NCBI GenBank assembly: GCA_019116965.1
Contig: DXAT01000041.1
Coordinates: 1 to 29,806 of the forward strand
Length of the DNA stretch: 29,806 nucleotides
Source: Candidatus Coprenecus pullistercoris
GTDB taxonomy: Bacteria > Bacteroidota > Bacteroidia > Bacteroidales > UBA932
Reading direction: 5' to 3'
Position numbers and translations under genes: made by a program. The notes under the pieces were generated by a model, which searched no databases, was not told where the DNA came from, and saw only the letters and a program-made list of their open reading frames with translations. Below are positions 8,145 through 16,530 of the stretch, piece after piece. Position 1 is the first letter of the stretch, and each line of letters starts with the position of its first letter.

Positions 8145-9500
8145 TTATTGAGGCATTGGGGGCATCGGTGGTGGGGGAGGTGTGTTGGGTATAAATATGT
8201 TTTTAAGTTCATCGACCTGACCGGCCATGATCCATTCGCTCATGCCCGGCTTCCAAACATAAGTCTGGGCATTAATCTTTCCTTGTTGCGCAAGTTGCTG
8301 CAGTTGCGGTATGGAGAATGGACCGCTTTGTTGGCCATTGATTGCGAGCATATATGTCGGGATAGGTGGCGGGGGCGGGGTGTTCATGCCGTTTTGCATT
8401 GTCTGACCCATATTATTCATCATCCCTGCCATCTGACTGCCCATGGCTCCTCCCATCATCATGCCGGTCATCATTCCTGCGGCGTTCATGCCTCCTCCGT
8501 CTCCCATATAGCCCATGGCTCCGAGGTTTTCAGCTCCTGCCCGTAGGACACTAGCCTGCTGATCCAGTGCATGGGCCCCTATGAAATTGGTCTCAGTCTG
8601 CAGGCGTTGAGCACGCTGTGCTTCCTGTCGGTTGATACGCAAGGTCTCCTGCGTATTCTCTGCGTTTATAGCCTGTGTATCTGCCATATTCTTTATGCTG
8701 ACTTTGGTCTGTGCCTGGATTGTCTGCGCCTGTTGCATGGCGGTTACATGGCGGAGTTCCATATATCCATCGCTTTCTTTGTCTGGATCTATGCGGTTTA
8801 TATCCACTCGCTTGACATTTACGCCAAAATCTTCAGACAATTCCTTTGACAGCCGTTCTTGGAGAAGGTCTGATATCTCAGTTATTTTCCTTTCTATTTG
8901 CAGGACGGGGATGCCGTTGTCCTGAGGAGCGTTGCTGACAAATGACTTGACATATTTAGTGACGGCATCTTTTATTTGCTTGTTAAAATCTTCCAATGTG
9001 AAATTTATCATCCTGTTCAGCTTTATGAAAGCTTTATAGTCAGATATATTGAAAGTGATACTGCCTTGTACAGCCATCGGTACTGCGAAATCAAGAAACC
9101 GGGGATCAAATACATCAAAGAATGGAATTGTGAACTCGATTTGAATGTTTCGTGCAAGATTTATAAAATATATTTCCGCTTGGAAAGGAGACTCACCTCC
9201 ATAGGCTAAGCCTATAATGTTGGCCAAAACAGGAAAGTTTGCCGTTTCGATGGTCTCGTCATAAGGTCCTTCAATATAGTCTTGGAGTGTTCCGTCTTTT
9301 TGTTTGTACACAAAAACTGCCACTTCTCCGTCTTTTACCCTGAGGCTACTGCCAAAGCGGATGGAATTTTCCCTTGTGGTAGAATTTACATCTTGTCCTT
9401 CCGGTCTCCATTTCCAGACAAGATATTCTTTCTCATCACAGCGGATGACATTCATCATCCCCCCTGATTTTCCCTTTTTGCCAATTCCAAATAGTCCCAT
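8145..9500 (-). CDS. SPFH/Band-7 (Band_7_1, YdjI-like) domain protein with a Gly/Met-rich low-complexity linker, polyproline tracts and a C-terminal GYF_2 domain.
   Basis: N-terminus MGLFGIGKK...VIRCDEKEYLVWKW is typical of YdjI-type SPFH proteins. Coiled-coil Q-rich segment. GAMGYMGDGGGMNAAGMMTGMMMGGAMGSQMAGMMNNMG linker. TPPPPPIPT and NTPPPPPMPPMPQ tracts. Confidence 0.8.
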   Translation of the reverse strand: MGLFGIGKKGKSGGMMNVIRCDEKEYLVWKWRPEGQDVNSTTRENSIRFGSSLRVKDGEVAVFVYKQKDGTLQDYIEGPYDETIETANFPVLANIIGLAYGGESPFQAEIYFINLARNIQIEFTIPFFDVFDPRFLDFAVPMAVQGSITFNISDYKAFIKLNRMINFTLEDFNKQIKDAVTKYVKSFVSNAPQDNGIPVLQIERKITEISDLLQERLSKELSEDFGVNVKRVDINRIDPDKESDGYMELRHVTAMQQAQTIQAQTKVSIKNMADTQAINAENTQETLRINRQEAQRAQRLQTETNFIGAHALDQQASVLRAGAENLGAMGYMGDGGGMNAAGMMTGMMMGGAMGSQMAGMMNNMGQTMQNGMNTPPPPPIPTYMLAINGQQSGPFSIPQLQQLAQQGKINAQTYVWKPGMSEWIMAGQVDELKNIFIPNTPPPPPMPPMPQ

Positions 9501-9505
9501 GTTGT

Positions 9506-10342
9506 TTATATGCTCGGTTGGTTAAATAATGATATTAAAGCCTCTATGCCGCTTGATATTAGACATATCAGTAGGATTATGATTGTGACTTTCCATGCCC
9601 AGTGCAGGCGCTTGAACCATGCAAGAAAGCCAACCCCAATAACTTTTCGTTTAAATCTTGTGTAGTCATCAATAAACGGTTTGAAAATATCATCATTTTT
9701 GAAGCTGAGTTCTGCTTTGTTTATGCATTCCTGATATTTTTTCCAATATGCCATTCTGCATGGATCTGAGGAGTCTGTAATATGCGGCTTGGCGGATGTT
9801 AGAAAATCAAGCAAATCAGCCTTGGCATTTGGTATGGGAAAAGTCTCTATGATATTTATTCTTTTTTTTATATCCTCTACTTCTGATAATTTGTTTGATA
9901 ATTTTTCATAAGACATAGAGGCGTCAATGTTTAGGAACTCGTATCCGCAAGCTGTGCAAACAGGACTGAATGCTTTTACAAGGGCATTGCACTGAGGACA
10001 CCGGCGCACATCTCCGAATTTTTCAGATTTTGGAGCCGATAAATTAGACGGGGCGCTTTTTTTATTATTAATCTGGTTGTATTCGCTTAAGCGTGCATCA
10101 AGCACCATTTCAAATTCATCAAGGTCAATACCTTTTGCCTGGGCTTTTTTGAATAGTATTTGTTTTTCTTTTTCAGTTAAAGTACCGTCTATTATTGCGA
10201 GGTCAATGAGTTTTTCCATTTCTGCATCATAGAGTCCGGTCCGTGTTTGCGAGGATTGTGTTTTTCTCATTGTCATTTGTTGTGACGGAACTGAATTGAC
10301 CTCATCGTACAGTTCTTTAATTATATTTTTTAATGTAGACAT
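9506..10342 (-). CDS. Zinc-ribbon protein with an N-terminal TerB-like/co-chaperone-like helical domain and a C-terminal TM anchor.
   Basis: CPQCNALVKAFSPVCTACGYEF (C-x2-C ... C-x2-C). N-terminal LIDLAIIDGTLTEKEKQILFKKAQAKGIDLDEF. C-terminal hydrophobic VTIIILLICLISSGIEALISLF. Sits 5 bp upstream of the SPFH gene. Confidence 0.65.
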   Translation of the reverse strand: MSTLKNIIKELYDEVNSVPSQQMTMRKTQSSQTRTGLYDAEMEKLIDLAIIDGTLTEKEKQILFKKAQAKGIDLDEFEMVLDARLSEYNQINNKKSAPSNLSAPKSEKFGDVRRCPQCNALVKAFSPVCTACGYEFLNIDASMSYEKLSNKLSEVEDIKKRINIIETFPIPNAKADLLDFLTSAKPHITDSSDPCRMAYWKKYQECINKAELSFKNDDIFKPFIDDYTRFKRKVIGVGFLAWFKRLHWAWKVTIIILLICLISSGIEALISLFNQPSI

Positions 10343-10354
10343 AAGGATTATATT

Positions 10355-10915
10355 TTACAGCCAGGAAAATATTTGATCAAGTTGTCCCAATAGTTCAGAG
10401 TTGCCGGTCTTGTCCTTGATCATCTCACCCAAAAGTTGAAAATCAAGATATAGCTCTTTGCCGATACTCGGCAAAGACTGAGTTATATACTTGACATTTG
10501 ATGATGATGACAGGGCTTCTCTGGCAGTCATTGATTTGACAATATCTGTAATGTTTGTGAGTGATGTTGTTAGCTCAGCTAATTTCCCTGCAAGTTGAGT
10601 GACTTCTTTACCTAAGCCGTATAGTTCATCTATTGATGGCGAGGCACTTTTGTTTTCTGCATTATCTTCAAGATCAAAATAAGTGATATAGAAATTTTTG
10701 ATAATAGGACTGATTCTGATTGTTACATCAGCGATTTCTTTGCAGGTTTTTGCGGCATTGTCAATAATGTCAACCCCGCAGTCTTCTGGTAAGTCAAGAT
10801 TTTGCATTTTCTCAATTCGTTCTTCTGATTCTTCGCACCATTCTAATGACTGGGGGAAAGCCATTTGTTGGAAAGAGAGAATCATAACCAATGTTGCAAA
10901 AAGTGCTCTTTTCAT
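10355..10915 (-). CDS. Secreted hypothetical protein. First gene after element X copy 3.
   Basis: Signal peptide MKRALFATLVMILSFQQMAFPQS. 12 bp upstream of the zinc-ribbon gene. Confidence 0.6.
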   Translation of the reverse strand: MKRALFATLVMILSFQQMAFPQSLEWCEESEERIEKMQNLDLPEDCGVDIIDNAAKTCKEIADVTIRISPIIKNFYITYFDLEDNAENKSASPSIDELYGLGKEVTQLAGKLAELTTSLTNITDIVKSMTAREALSSSSNVKYITQSLPSIGKELYLDFQLLGEMIKDKTGNSELLGQLDQIFSWL

Positions 10916-10965
10916 TACTTTTAATTTTTAGGTCAGTCGGCTCCCAGGACTGACGGGCTTATAAT

Positions 10966-11291
10966 AAGAAAGTGTGGAGCCGGTCCGTCTGTCTTCCAAG
11001 AGGCTCTGACAAAGCCCGAACATAAACAGACTGAAACAATCCCCACACCTGTATCGCTTGTGATGAATACACAACCAATACGGGTGACGGTGCTGTCGTC
11101 GTCCTTACGTTCGTTGAAACTGTCAGATTTCTTGGAAAGGACAGTGCGAAAACACTTTCACCAATATGTCCGCCATGCGTTTCCGTGCATGACGCCACAA
11201 ATATACTAAATTTTCATGTAAACAGCACCCTGTGGGGATTGTTCCGCAGGCAAATATGGGAATATTATTGACAGCCTCCCCGGCCCTTTTC
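10966..11291 (-). repeat. Full copy 3 of the ~330-bp element X plus a 20-mer variant GGCCCTTTTCGGCCCTAATT (11272-11291). Lies between the hipT stop and the SPFH-module operon.
   Basis: Aligns with 5399-5735. Long-range 13-bp helix AACAATCCCCACA (11034-11046) / TGTGGGGATTGTT (about 11234-11246). cAtaTTTG -7-like box on the minus strand just inside the 20-mer. Confidence 0.8.
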
Positions 11292-11321
11292 GGCCCTAAT
11301 TTCGTCAAGCTTTGAGTTGTA

Positions 11322-12263
11322 CTATCCCAGCAGCTGCAGTCTGCCGGCAATTATTTTGATGAAGTTCTGCTGCATGTTCTCCGGAAGGAATGACAACCCT
11401 ATGAACATTTGCCATTTACTGAAGGCATTGTGGAATTTACTGAAGATATTCTCAATGATTTTCTCCTCCAGTCCGCAGGCCGACATCTCGGTGATGAAAT
11501 CAGCCTTTTTGATTTTACGTTTCTTGCCGTTGAGAGTCAATGCGAGTTCCTCGGTGTCTTCCGGCATAACCAACGCTGTGGACAGCATGTCGTATGCCGG
11601 TGTGAGAGTGTAGTTGCCGGCCAGCTTGCTGTAGAGGGAAAAGTTTTTCAGGTGCATATCGGCATTGCCTGTAATCCAGGAAAATACCACCTGCTCCCAG
11701 AAATTGACTAGATCAAGTTTGGGTACGGATGAGTATTTTCTTATGGTTTTCGCTATCTGGCCGTATGAGCCCCGGTATTTATGCTCTGTAAGACGTTCCG
11801 TAAGCTGGCACATGTCTTCCATTGCCAGTTTCCCTCCGTTGGCGGTGCGGTCGATGCGTCTGGTTATATAGCACAGTTCTCTGTCGGCGAAACGTATCAG
11901 GCTGTGCGGGACTACTTTCATTTTGGCCAGTTCAGCCAGATGCATGGTTAGGTCTTCCACTTCCGGAAGATTGCTGAAGCGGTCGGTCTGCGGCTTGAGA
12001 ATGTACCGGCCCCACAGTCCTACGATAGTGAAGCGCTCTTTTCCGCCCGGCCTGTCCTTGCAGATGTCCAGGGACAATTTGGCCTGAACTCCTGTCAAAG
12101 TGGTCTGGCTGCGGATTACCTGCTTCGCAAGGTCAGTGAGATTGTCCCGGGTGTACGGTAGCACCGGAGCCTCGGGAGCTCCGAATATTTTTTTCGCACA
12201 TTCCCTATGAAAATCCTTCTCATTCTCGTGCAGCTCCTTATAGCAGTAAAGACATTTGGCCAT
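11322..12263 (-). CDS. hipT: HipT-like kinase toxin (HipA C-terminal kinase core) of a tripartite HipBST system.
   Basis: 313 aa. HipA-family catalytic loop GNADMHLKNFSL. Lacks the HipA N-terminal subdomain, which is encoded separately upstream. Confidence 0.85.
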   Translation of the reverse strand: MAKCLYCYKELHENEKDFHRECAKKIFGAPEAPVLPYTRDNLTDLAKQVIRSQTTLTGVQAKLSLDICKDRPGGKERFTIVGLWGRYILKPQTDRFSNLPEVEDLTMHLAELAKMKVVPHSLIRFADRELCYITRRIDRTANGGKLAMEDMCQLTERLTEHKYRGSYGQIAKTIRKYSSVPKLDLVNFWEQVVFSWITGNADMHLKNFSLYSKLAGNYTLTPAYDMLSTALVMPEDTEELALTLNGKKRKIKKADFITEMSACGLEEKIIENIFSKFHNAFSKWQMFIGLSFLPENMQQNFIKIIAGRLQLLG

Positions 12264-12265
12264 GA

Positions 12266-12595
12266 TTATTCCTCCTTTTCTGTTATCGGTTCAACACCTA
12301 CAGCTCCTATGCAGTCCTTGCAGCAGGCCAGCAGCAGGGACATGCGGTCCCGTGCGTCAATTTTCCAATTCCTCTCAGCGATGTCAAGCAGCCAGCCTTC
12401 GGGAATCAGGCCGTCGAAAAAGGGAAACAGGACTTTGTCCCTATAGGGTCTGTCGGTCAAAGGCAGAGTAAGACTTATGGCCTCAGCCTTTTCTGATGTC
12501 AGAAATCCGCCGTCATACTGGAATGTGTAGCCGTTTTCATCTTCTGTAAGGATGCCGGCCCTCTCGCCGCGTAGATATACCGTCGCCTGTTTCAT
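12266..12595 (-). CDS. hipS: HipS-like protein (HipA N-terminal subdomain homolog). Antitoxin of HipBST-type systems.
   Basis: 109 aa, MKQATVYLRGERAGILTEDENGYTFQYD resembles the HipA N-terminus. 2-bp gap to hipT. 4-bp overlap with hipB. Confidence 0.75.
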   Translation of the reverse strand: MKQATVYLRGERAGILTEDENGYTFQYDGGFLTSEKAEAISLTLPLTDRPYRDKVLFPFFDGLIPEGWLLDIAERNWKIDARDRMSLLLACCKDCIGAVGVEPITEKEE

Positions 12596-12813
12596 AGATC
12601 ATCGGTGTTTTTGGAGAGAGGGACTGCGCCTACTTCGCTGCCGAATAGGTTGAGAATCAAGTTGACTTTGTCCAGTCGGAGAGTCTGTTTGCCCTGCTCC
12701 AGCTCCCGGACAAAGCGCAGGCCGACTCCGGATTTCTCCGACAGGTCTACCTGAGTCAGGCCGTATTGCTTGCGCATGGCCTTTACGTATCTGGATAAGG
12801 TTGTTTGCTGCAT
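12592..12813 (-). CDS. hipB: HipB-like XRE-family HTH transcriptional regulator.
   Basis: 73 aa, helix-turn-helix LTQVDLSEKSGVGLRFVRELEQGK. First gene of the hipB-hipS-hipT operon. Confidence 0.8.
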   Translation of the reverse strand: MQQTTLSRYVKAMRKQYGLTQVDLSEKSGVGLRFVRELEQGKQTLRLDKVNLILNLFGSEVGAVPLSKNTDDL

Positions 12814-12828
12814 GATTATACCCTTTGG

Positions 12829-12850
12829 GGTACAAATATAACAAAATATT
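12829..12850 (-). promoter_or_regulatory. Putative hipBST promoter (-7 box TATATTTG on the minus strand, 12843-12850) with an overlapping palindrome TACCC-N4-GGGTA (12829-12842). Candidate HipB operator.
   Basis: Bacteroidetes TAnnTTTG consensus 22 nt upstream of the hipB ATG. The inverted repeat overlaps the predicted TSS. Confidence 0.35.
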
Positions 12851-13017
12851 CCAAAGATATCCCCGATAAGGTATAAAATACTTTAAATCTAATATGATTA
12901 TACCCGTTCAGGCGTATTGCCCCAAAAATACATCTTGCCCATAATGGTCTTGGAGATTGTCGAGCGGCGGGAAAAAGAGAAAAGCCCCTGGTGCCTTGTG
13001 GCGCCGGAGGCCTTTTG

Positions 13018-13090
13018 TGATCTGCTTGGGGCTCGAACCCAAGACCCCAACATTAAAAGTGTTGTGCTCTACCAACTGAGCTAGCAGATC
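13018..13090 (-). tRNA. tRNA-Lys (anticodon TTT)
   Basis: Reverse complement GATCTGC-TA-GCTC-AGTTGGTA-GAGC-A-CAACA-CTTTTAA-TGTTG-GGGTC-TTGGG-TTCGAGC-CCCAA-GCAGATC-A gives a perfect cloverleaf with anticodon UUU. CCA not encoded. Coordinates +/-1. Confidence 0.9.
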
Positions 13091-13136
13091 GGATTTGGAC
13101 GGCAAAAGTAAGTAAAAAGATTCAATGCGCAAAATA

Positions 13137-13170
13137 TTTGTGCGGTTAAGAGGTGGTTTTCCTATTTTTG
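13137..13170 (+). promoter_or_regulatory. Bacteroidetes-type promoter for the 13175 gene: -33 TTTG (13137-13140) and -7 TATTTTTG (13162-13169).
   Basis: Match to TTTG-N19-21-TAnnTTTG about 5 nt before the ATG. Confidence 0.4.
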
Positions 13171-13174
13171 CGGC

Positions 13175-14032
13175 ATGGAAGGATTTCAGTCGGAAGTACG
13201 GGATTTCGTACGGGAATGCACGGGCCGGGAGCCGCTGGTGCTTGGTGTGGCCGGGGCTGATGCTCCGGGTTTGTGCCTGACTGCGGACGGGAGGCTGGCA
13301 GTGGTGACGGTGCCATTGGAATTTTTCCGCCGTGGAGGTGCTGTAGGGGAACTGATAGCATTGGAGGAGGAACCGGTTGTGCGTCAGGCAGGAGACAGGG
13401 TCTTTCTGTATGAGGACCGATGGCGCAATGACGGTGCAGCCGTCAGGTCCATGCTGCGGACAAGAATGGGGCTGGGCTTCAGGGTGTTTGCCCGGAATTG
13501 CGAGGTGCTGGACCTGTCTCCGGAAACAGCCGCGGATTTTCTCAGGCGTAATCATATTTATGGTTCGGCAAGGGCCAGATACAGGCTCGGCTTGTTCCGC
13601 AGAAGGGCAACTGGTATGGCGGAGGCCGGAATGGATCAGACACCTGTGCTGGCGGCGGTGGCGACATTTTCATCCGGAATACGGAAGGAGGACGGTACGG
13701 TGTCCTATGAATGGGTGCGGTATGCCTCGGTCAGAGGGGTGAGGGTTACGGGCGGCATGGGGCGTCTGCTGGATGCTTTTGTGACAAGAGTCAGGGGAAA
13801 CGGTCCGGTGGATGTGATGACCTACGCGGATCTGGAGTGGTATGATGGCCGCTCGTACCGGCGGCTTGGTTTCGAGCCGTGCGGTGATCGGGCTCCGGTA
13901 TGGTTCATGTGCAGGGTAGGGAGCGGTGAGCGGCGGGTCTGTCATGGCAGTGGGGAGCAGACAGCGCCGGGGGAGGTGAGGATATGCAATCCCGGCAGCC
14001 GGAAGTATATTCTCCCGGTGCGGGATTATTGA
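13175..14032 (+). CDS. Hypothetical protein (GC-rich). Possible acyltransferase-like fold. Converges on clpC and overlaps it by 7 bp.
   Basis: 285-aa ORF with an upstream consensus promoter. No clear family. High GC means the ORF length alone is weak evidence. Confidence 0.5.
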   Translation: MEGFQSEVRDFVRECTGREPLVLGVAGADAPGLCLTADGRLAVVTVPLEFFRRGGAVGELIALEEEPVVRQAGDRVFLYEDRWRNDGAAVRSMLRTRMGLGFRVFARNCEVLDLSPETAADFLRRNHIYGSARARYRLGLFRRRATGMAEAGMDQTPVLAAVATFSSGIRKEDGTVSYEWVRYASVRGVRVTGGMGRLLDAFVTRVRGNGPVDVMTYADLEWYDGRSYRRLGFEPCGDRAPVWFMCRVGSGERRVCHGSGEQTAPGEVRICNPGSRKYILPVRDY

Positions 14033-16530
14033 CCGGCGGTATGTGCGTTGGAATACCGGTGCGGAGCAGTGTGTACGGTAGTGACGGTGAGTGATTCCCG
14101 GCTTTCGTCCAAGTCGGCTTTTATCATCCTGTTGCCCTTTCTGGTGCCGGACAGTATGGCTTCCGCAATGGGGTCTTCGAGGTATTTTCTGATGGCTCTC
14201 CTGAGCGGTCTGGCTCCGTATGCAGGGTCATATCCGCGCCTGCACAGGAATTCCCTGGCCTGTTTTGTCAGGCGCAGGCTGTAGCCGGAAGCGGTCAGCC
14301 TTCTCTGCACTTCTGCCAGCTCTATGTCGAGGATGCGCCCGATGTCTTCTGAGGTCAGGCTGTTGAAGTAGATGACCTCGTCGATGCGGTTCAGGAACTC
14401 CGGTGTGAAGGAGCGCCCGAGCGCTTTGTCTATGAGTGTTTTGTGTTGCTTTTCCGTATTGGTGGGCATGCTGCCGTAGCCTATTCCGCGACCGAAATCA
14501 CGGATGTCGCGGCTGCCTATGTTCGATGTCAGTATGATGACGGTGTTGCGGAAGTCCACGAGCCGTCCGCTGTTGTCCGTCAGCCGTCCCTCGTCCAATA
14601 TCTGAAGCAGTATGTTGAATATGTCCGGGTGCGCTTTTTCTATTTCGTCCAACAGAACTACGGAGTAGGGCTTCTGTCTCACTTTCTCGCTGAGCTGCCC
14701 TCCCGTGTCCTCGTACCCGACATAGCCCGGAGGCGCTCCGAGAAGGCGGGTGACGGAGATTTTCTCCATGTACTCGCTCATGTCCAGGCGGATGATGGCG
14801 TCGCGGTTGCCGAAGAGCTGTTCGGCGAGTGTCTTGGCCAGGTGTGTCTTGCCCACACCGGTAGGGCCGAGAAAGAGGAATGATCCGATGGGCCTGCCGG
14901 GATCCTTGAGCCCGGTGCTGTTGCGCTGTATGGCCCTGACAACCGGCTCTATCGCCTTGTCCTGGCCGATAACCTTCTTTTTCAGTGCGCCGTAGAGCCC
15001 TTTGAGCCTCGCGGAGTCCGATGCCGTCATCTTGCTGACAGGGATTCCGGTCATGACGGAGACGGCCTTGAGTATGTCGGATTCCTTTACTGGAAGCGGG
15101 GCTTCGTGGGCCTGTTTTGACACCTTGTCGGTTATGTTGTCTATTTCGCTTTCCCTTTCCTGCTCCATCTTGAGCAGCTTCGCGCCCATCTCGAAGTTGC
15201 TGTTTTTCAGGTATTCTTTTTTGAGCCTGCGTATTTCATGGAGACTGTCGCTCATGGCCCGGATGTCCTTGGAAGGTGTGCTGTGCCGCAGGCGGACGGA
15301 CGCTCCGGCCTCATCCATTATGTCAATGGCCTTGTCGGGCTGGTTCCTGTCCACTATGTATCTGTTGGAGAGAGTGATGCATGCACTGACTGCCTCAGGC
15401 GTGTATCTGACGTTGTGGTATTGCTCGTATCGTCCTTTCAGAGTCTGAAGTATCTGCGCGGTCATCGTGTCGGACGGGGGCTCTACGGTGATTTTCTGGA
15501 ATCTGCGTGCGAGTGCTCCGTCCTTTTCTATGATCTTTCGGTATTCGTCAGAGGTGGTGGTGCCTATGCACTGGAACTCCCCTTTCGACAGGGCCGGCTT
15601 CATGATGGAGGCGGCATCCATGGTGCCTCCGGCAGCTCCGGCACCCACGATGTTGTGTATCTCGTCGATGAACAGGACGATGTCCGGATTGTCCCGAACA
15701 GTGTCCAGGATGTGTTTCAGCCTGTCCTCGAAGTCTCCGCGGAATTTCGTGCCGGCGACGAGGGCGCCCATGTCGATGGATATGATTCTCTTATGCATAA
15801 GGTCGGGCGGAACATCGCGCCCGGCTATGCGCATGGCGACGCCTTCTGCTATGGAGGTCTTGCCCACACCGGGTTCTCCTACAATCATAGGATTGTTCTT
15901 CTTCCTCCTGCACATGACGGACACGGCTCTCTCTATCTCCCTGTCCCTGCCTGTCACCGGGTCGAGCCGGCCGTCAGCGGCTGCGGCTGTAAGGTCGTAT
16001 CCGAACCGCTCTAAGATGTCCTCGCCGGTATCGAACCGGCCGGCCTCCTGCCCCTCGAAGTCCATCTCGGCATCATATGCGTCATCTCCCTCTCCGCCGT
16101 ATCCGCCGTCGCTGAAATCCAGGCCGAGGTCGTGGAGGATGTCTGATACGGTCGAGTTGTCCTCTTTGAGGATAATGCTCAGGAATACCATGGTGTCGGG
16201 AATGTGGTTGTTTTCGGGGGCCTGGGTGATGCCTGCCGCCTCGGAGGCTATCCGCTGCAGGTCGTTTCCGGCACGAACCTGTCCGGACACACCGTACGGG
16301 ACAGCGTATCCCCTGTCTATGTTGTCCAGAATCATGGCTCTTATCCGTGACAGGGAGAGCCCGTGTCCCGTCAGGAACCGGCAGCCCTCGTTGTCCTTCT
16401 GCCGTATCATCCCGAGTATGAAATGCTCTATGGTGACGGTCGTCCAGCCTGTCTTTATGGCTTCTTCTCTGGCATATCCGAATATTTTCTGCAACTTGTC
16501 GATTTCCCTCATACGCACATAAGATTTCAA
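14026..16530 (-). CDS. clpC: ATP-dependent Clp protease ATP-binding subunit (ClpC/ClpA-like AAA+ chaperone, two AAA modules).
   Basis: Clp_N repeats. Two Walker A motifs (GEPGVGKT, GPTGVGKT). The track start is a TTG at 16530. An in-frame ATG (MREIDKLQ) lies at 16512 and may be the true start. Confidence 0.9.
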   Translation of the reverse strand: MKSYVRMREIDKLQKIFGYAREEAIKTGWTTVTIEHFILGMIRQKDNEGCRFLTGHGLSLSRIRAMILDNIDRGYAVPYGVSGQVRAGNDLQRIASEAAGITQAPENNHIPDTMVFLSIILKEDNSTVSDILHDLGLDFSDGGYGGEGDDAYDAEMDFEGQEAGRFDTGEDILERFGYDLTAAAADGRLDPVTGRDREIERAVSVMCRRKKNNPMIVGEPGVGKTSIAEGVAMRIAGRDVPPDLMHKRIISIDMGALVAGTKFRGDFEDRLKHILDTVRDNPDIVLFIDEIHNIVGAGAAGGTMDAASIMKPALSKGEFQCIGTTTSDEYRKIIEKDGALARRFQKITVEPPSDTMTAQILQTLKGRYEQYHNVRYTPEAVSACITLSNRYIVDRNQPDKAIDIMDEAGASVRLRHSTPSKDIRAMSDSLHEIRRLKKEYLKNSNFEMGAKLLKMEQERESEIDNITDKVSKQAHEAPLPVKESDILKAVSVMTGIPVSKMTASDSARLKGLYGALKKKVIGQDKAIEPVVRAIQRNSTGLKDPGRPIGSFLFLGPTGVGKTHLAKTLAEQLFGNRDAIIRLDMSEYMEKISVTRLLGAPPGYVGYEDTGGQLSEKVRQKPYSVVLLDEIEKAHPDIFNILLQILDEGRLTDNSGRLVDFRNTVIILTSNIGSRDIRDFGRGIGYGSMPTNTEKQHKTLIDKALGRSFTPEFLNRIDEVIYFNSLTSEDIGRILDIELAEVQRRLTASGYSLRLTKQAREFLCRRGYDPAYGARPLRRAIRKYLEDPIAEAILSGTRKGNRMIKADLDESRESLTVTTVHTAPHRYSNAHTAGQ

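Noticed and set aside
11034-11246. Interpretation of X as a MITE, with AACAATCCCCACA / TGTGGGGATTGTT as terminal inverted repeats
   Set aside because: Sequence similarity between the copies extends about 70 bp and 50 bp beyond the inverted repeats on either side. The wobble-preserving substitutions fit an RNA helix better than transposase-bound TIRs.
12908-13555. 215-aa minus-strand ORF spanning the tRNA-Lys gene
   Set aside because: Overlaps a clean tRNA and the plus-strand 13175 ORF. GC-rich region. Spurious.
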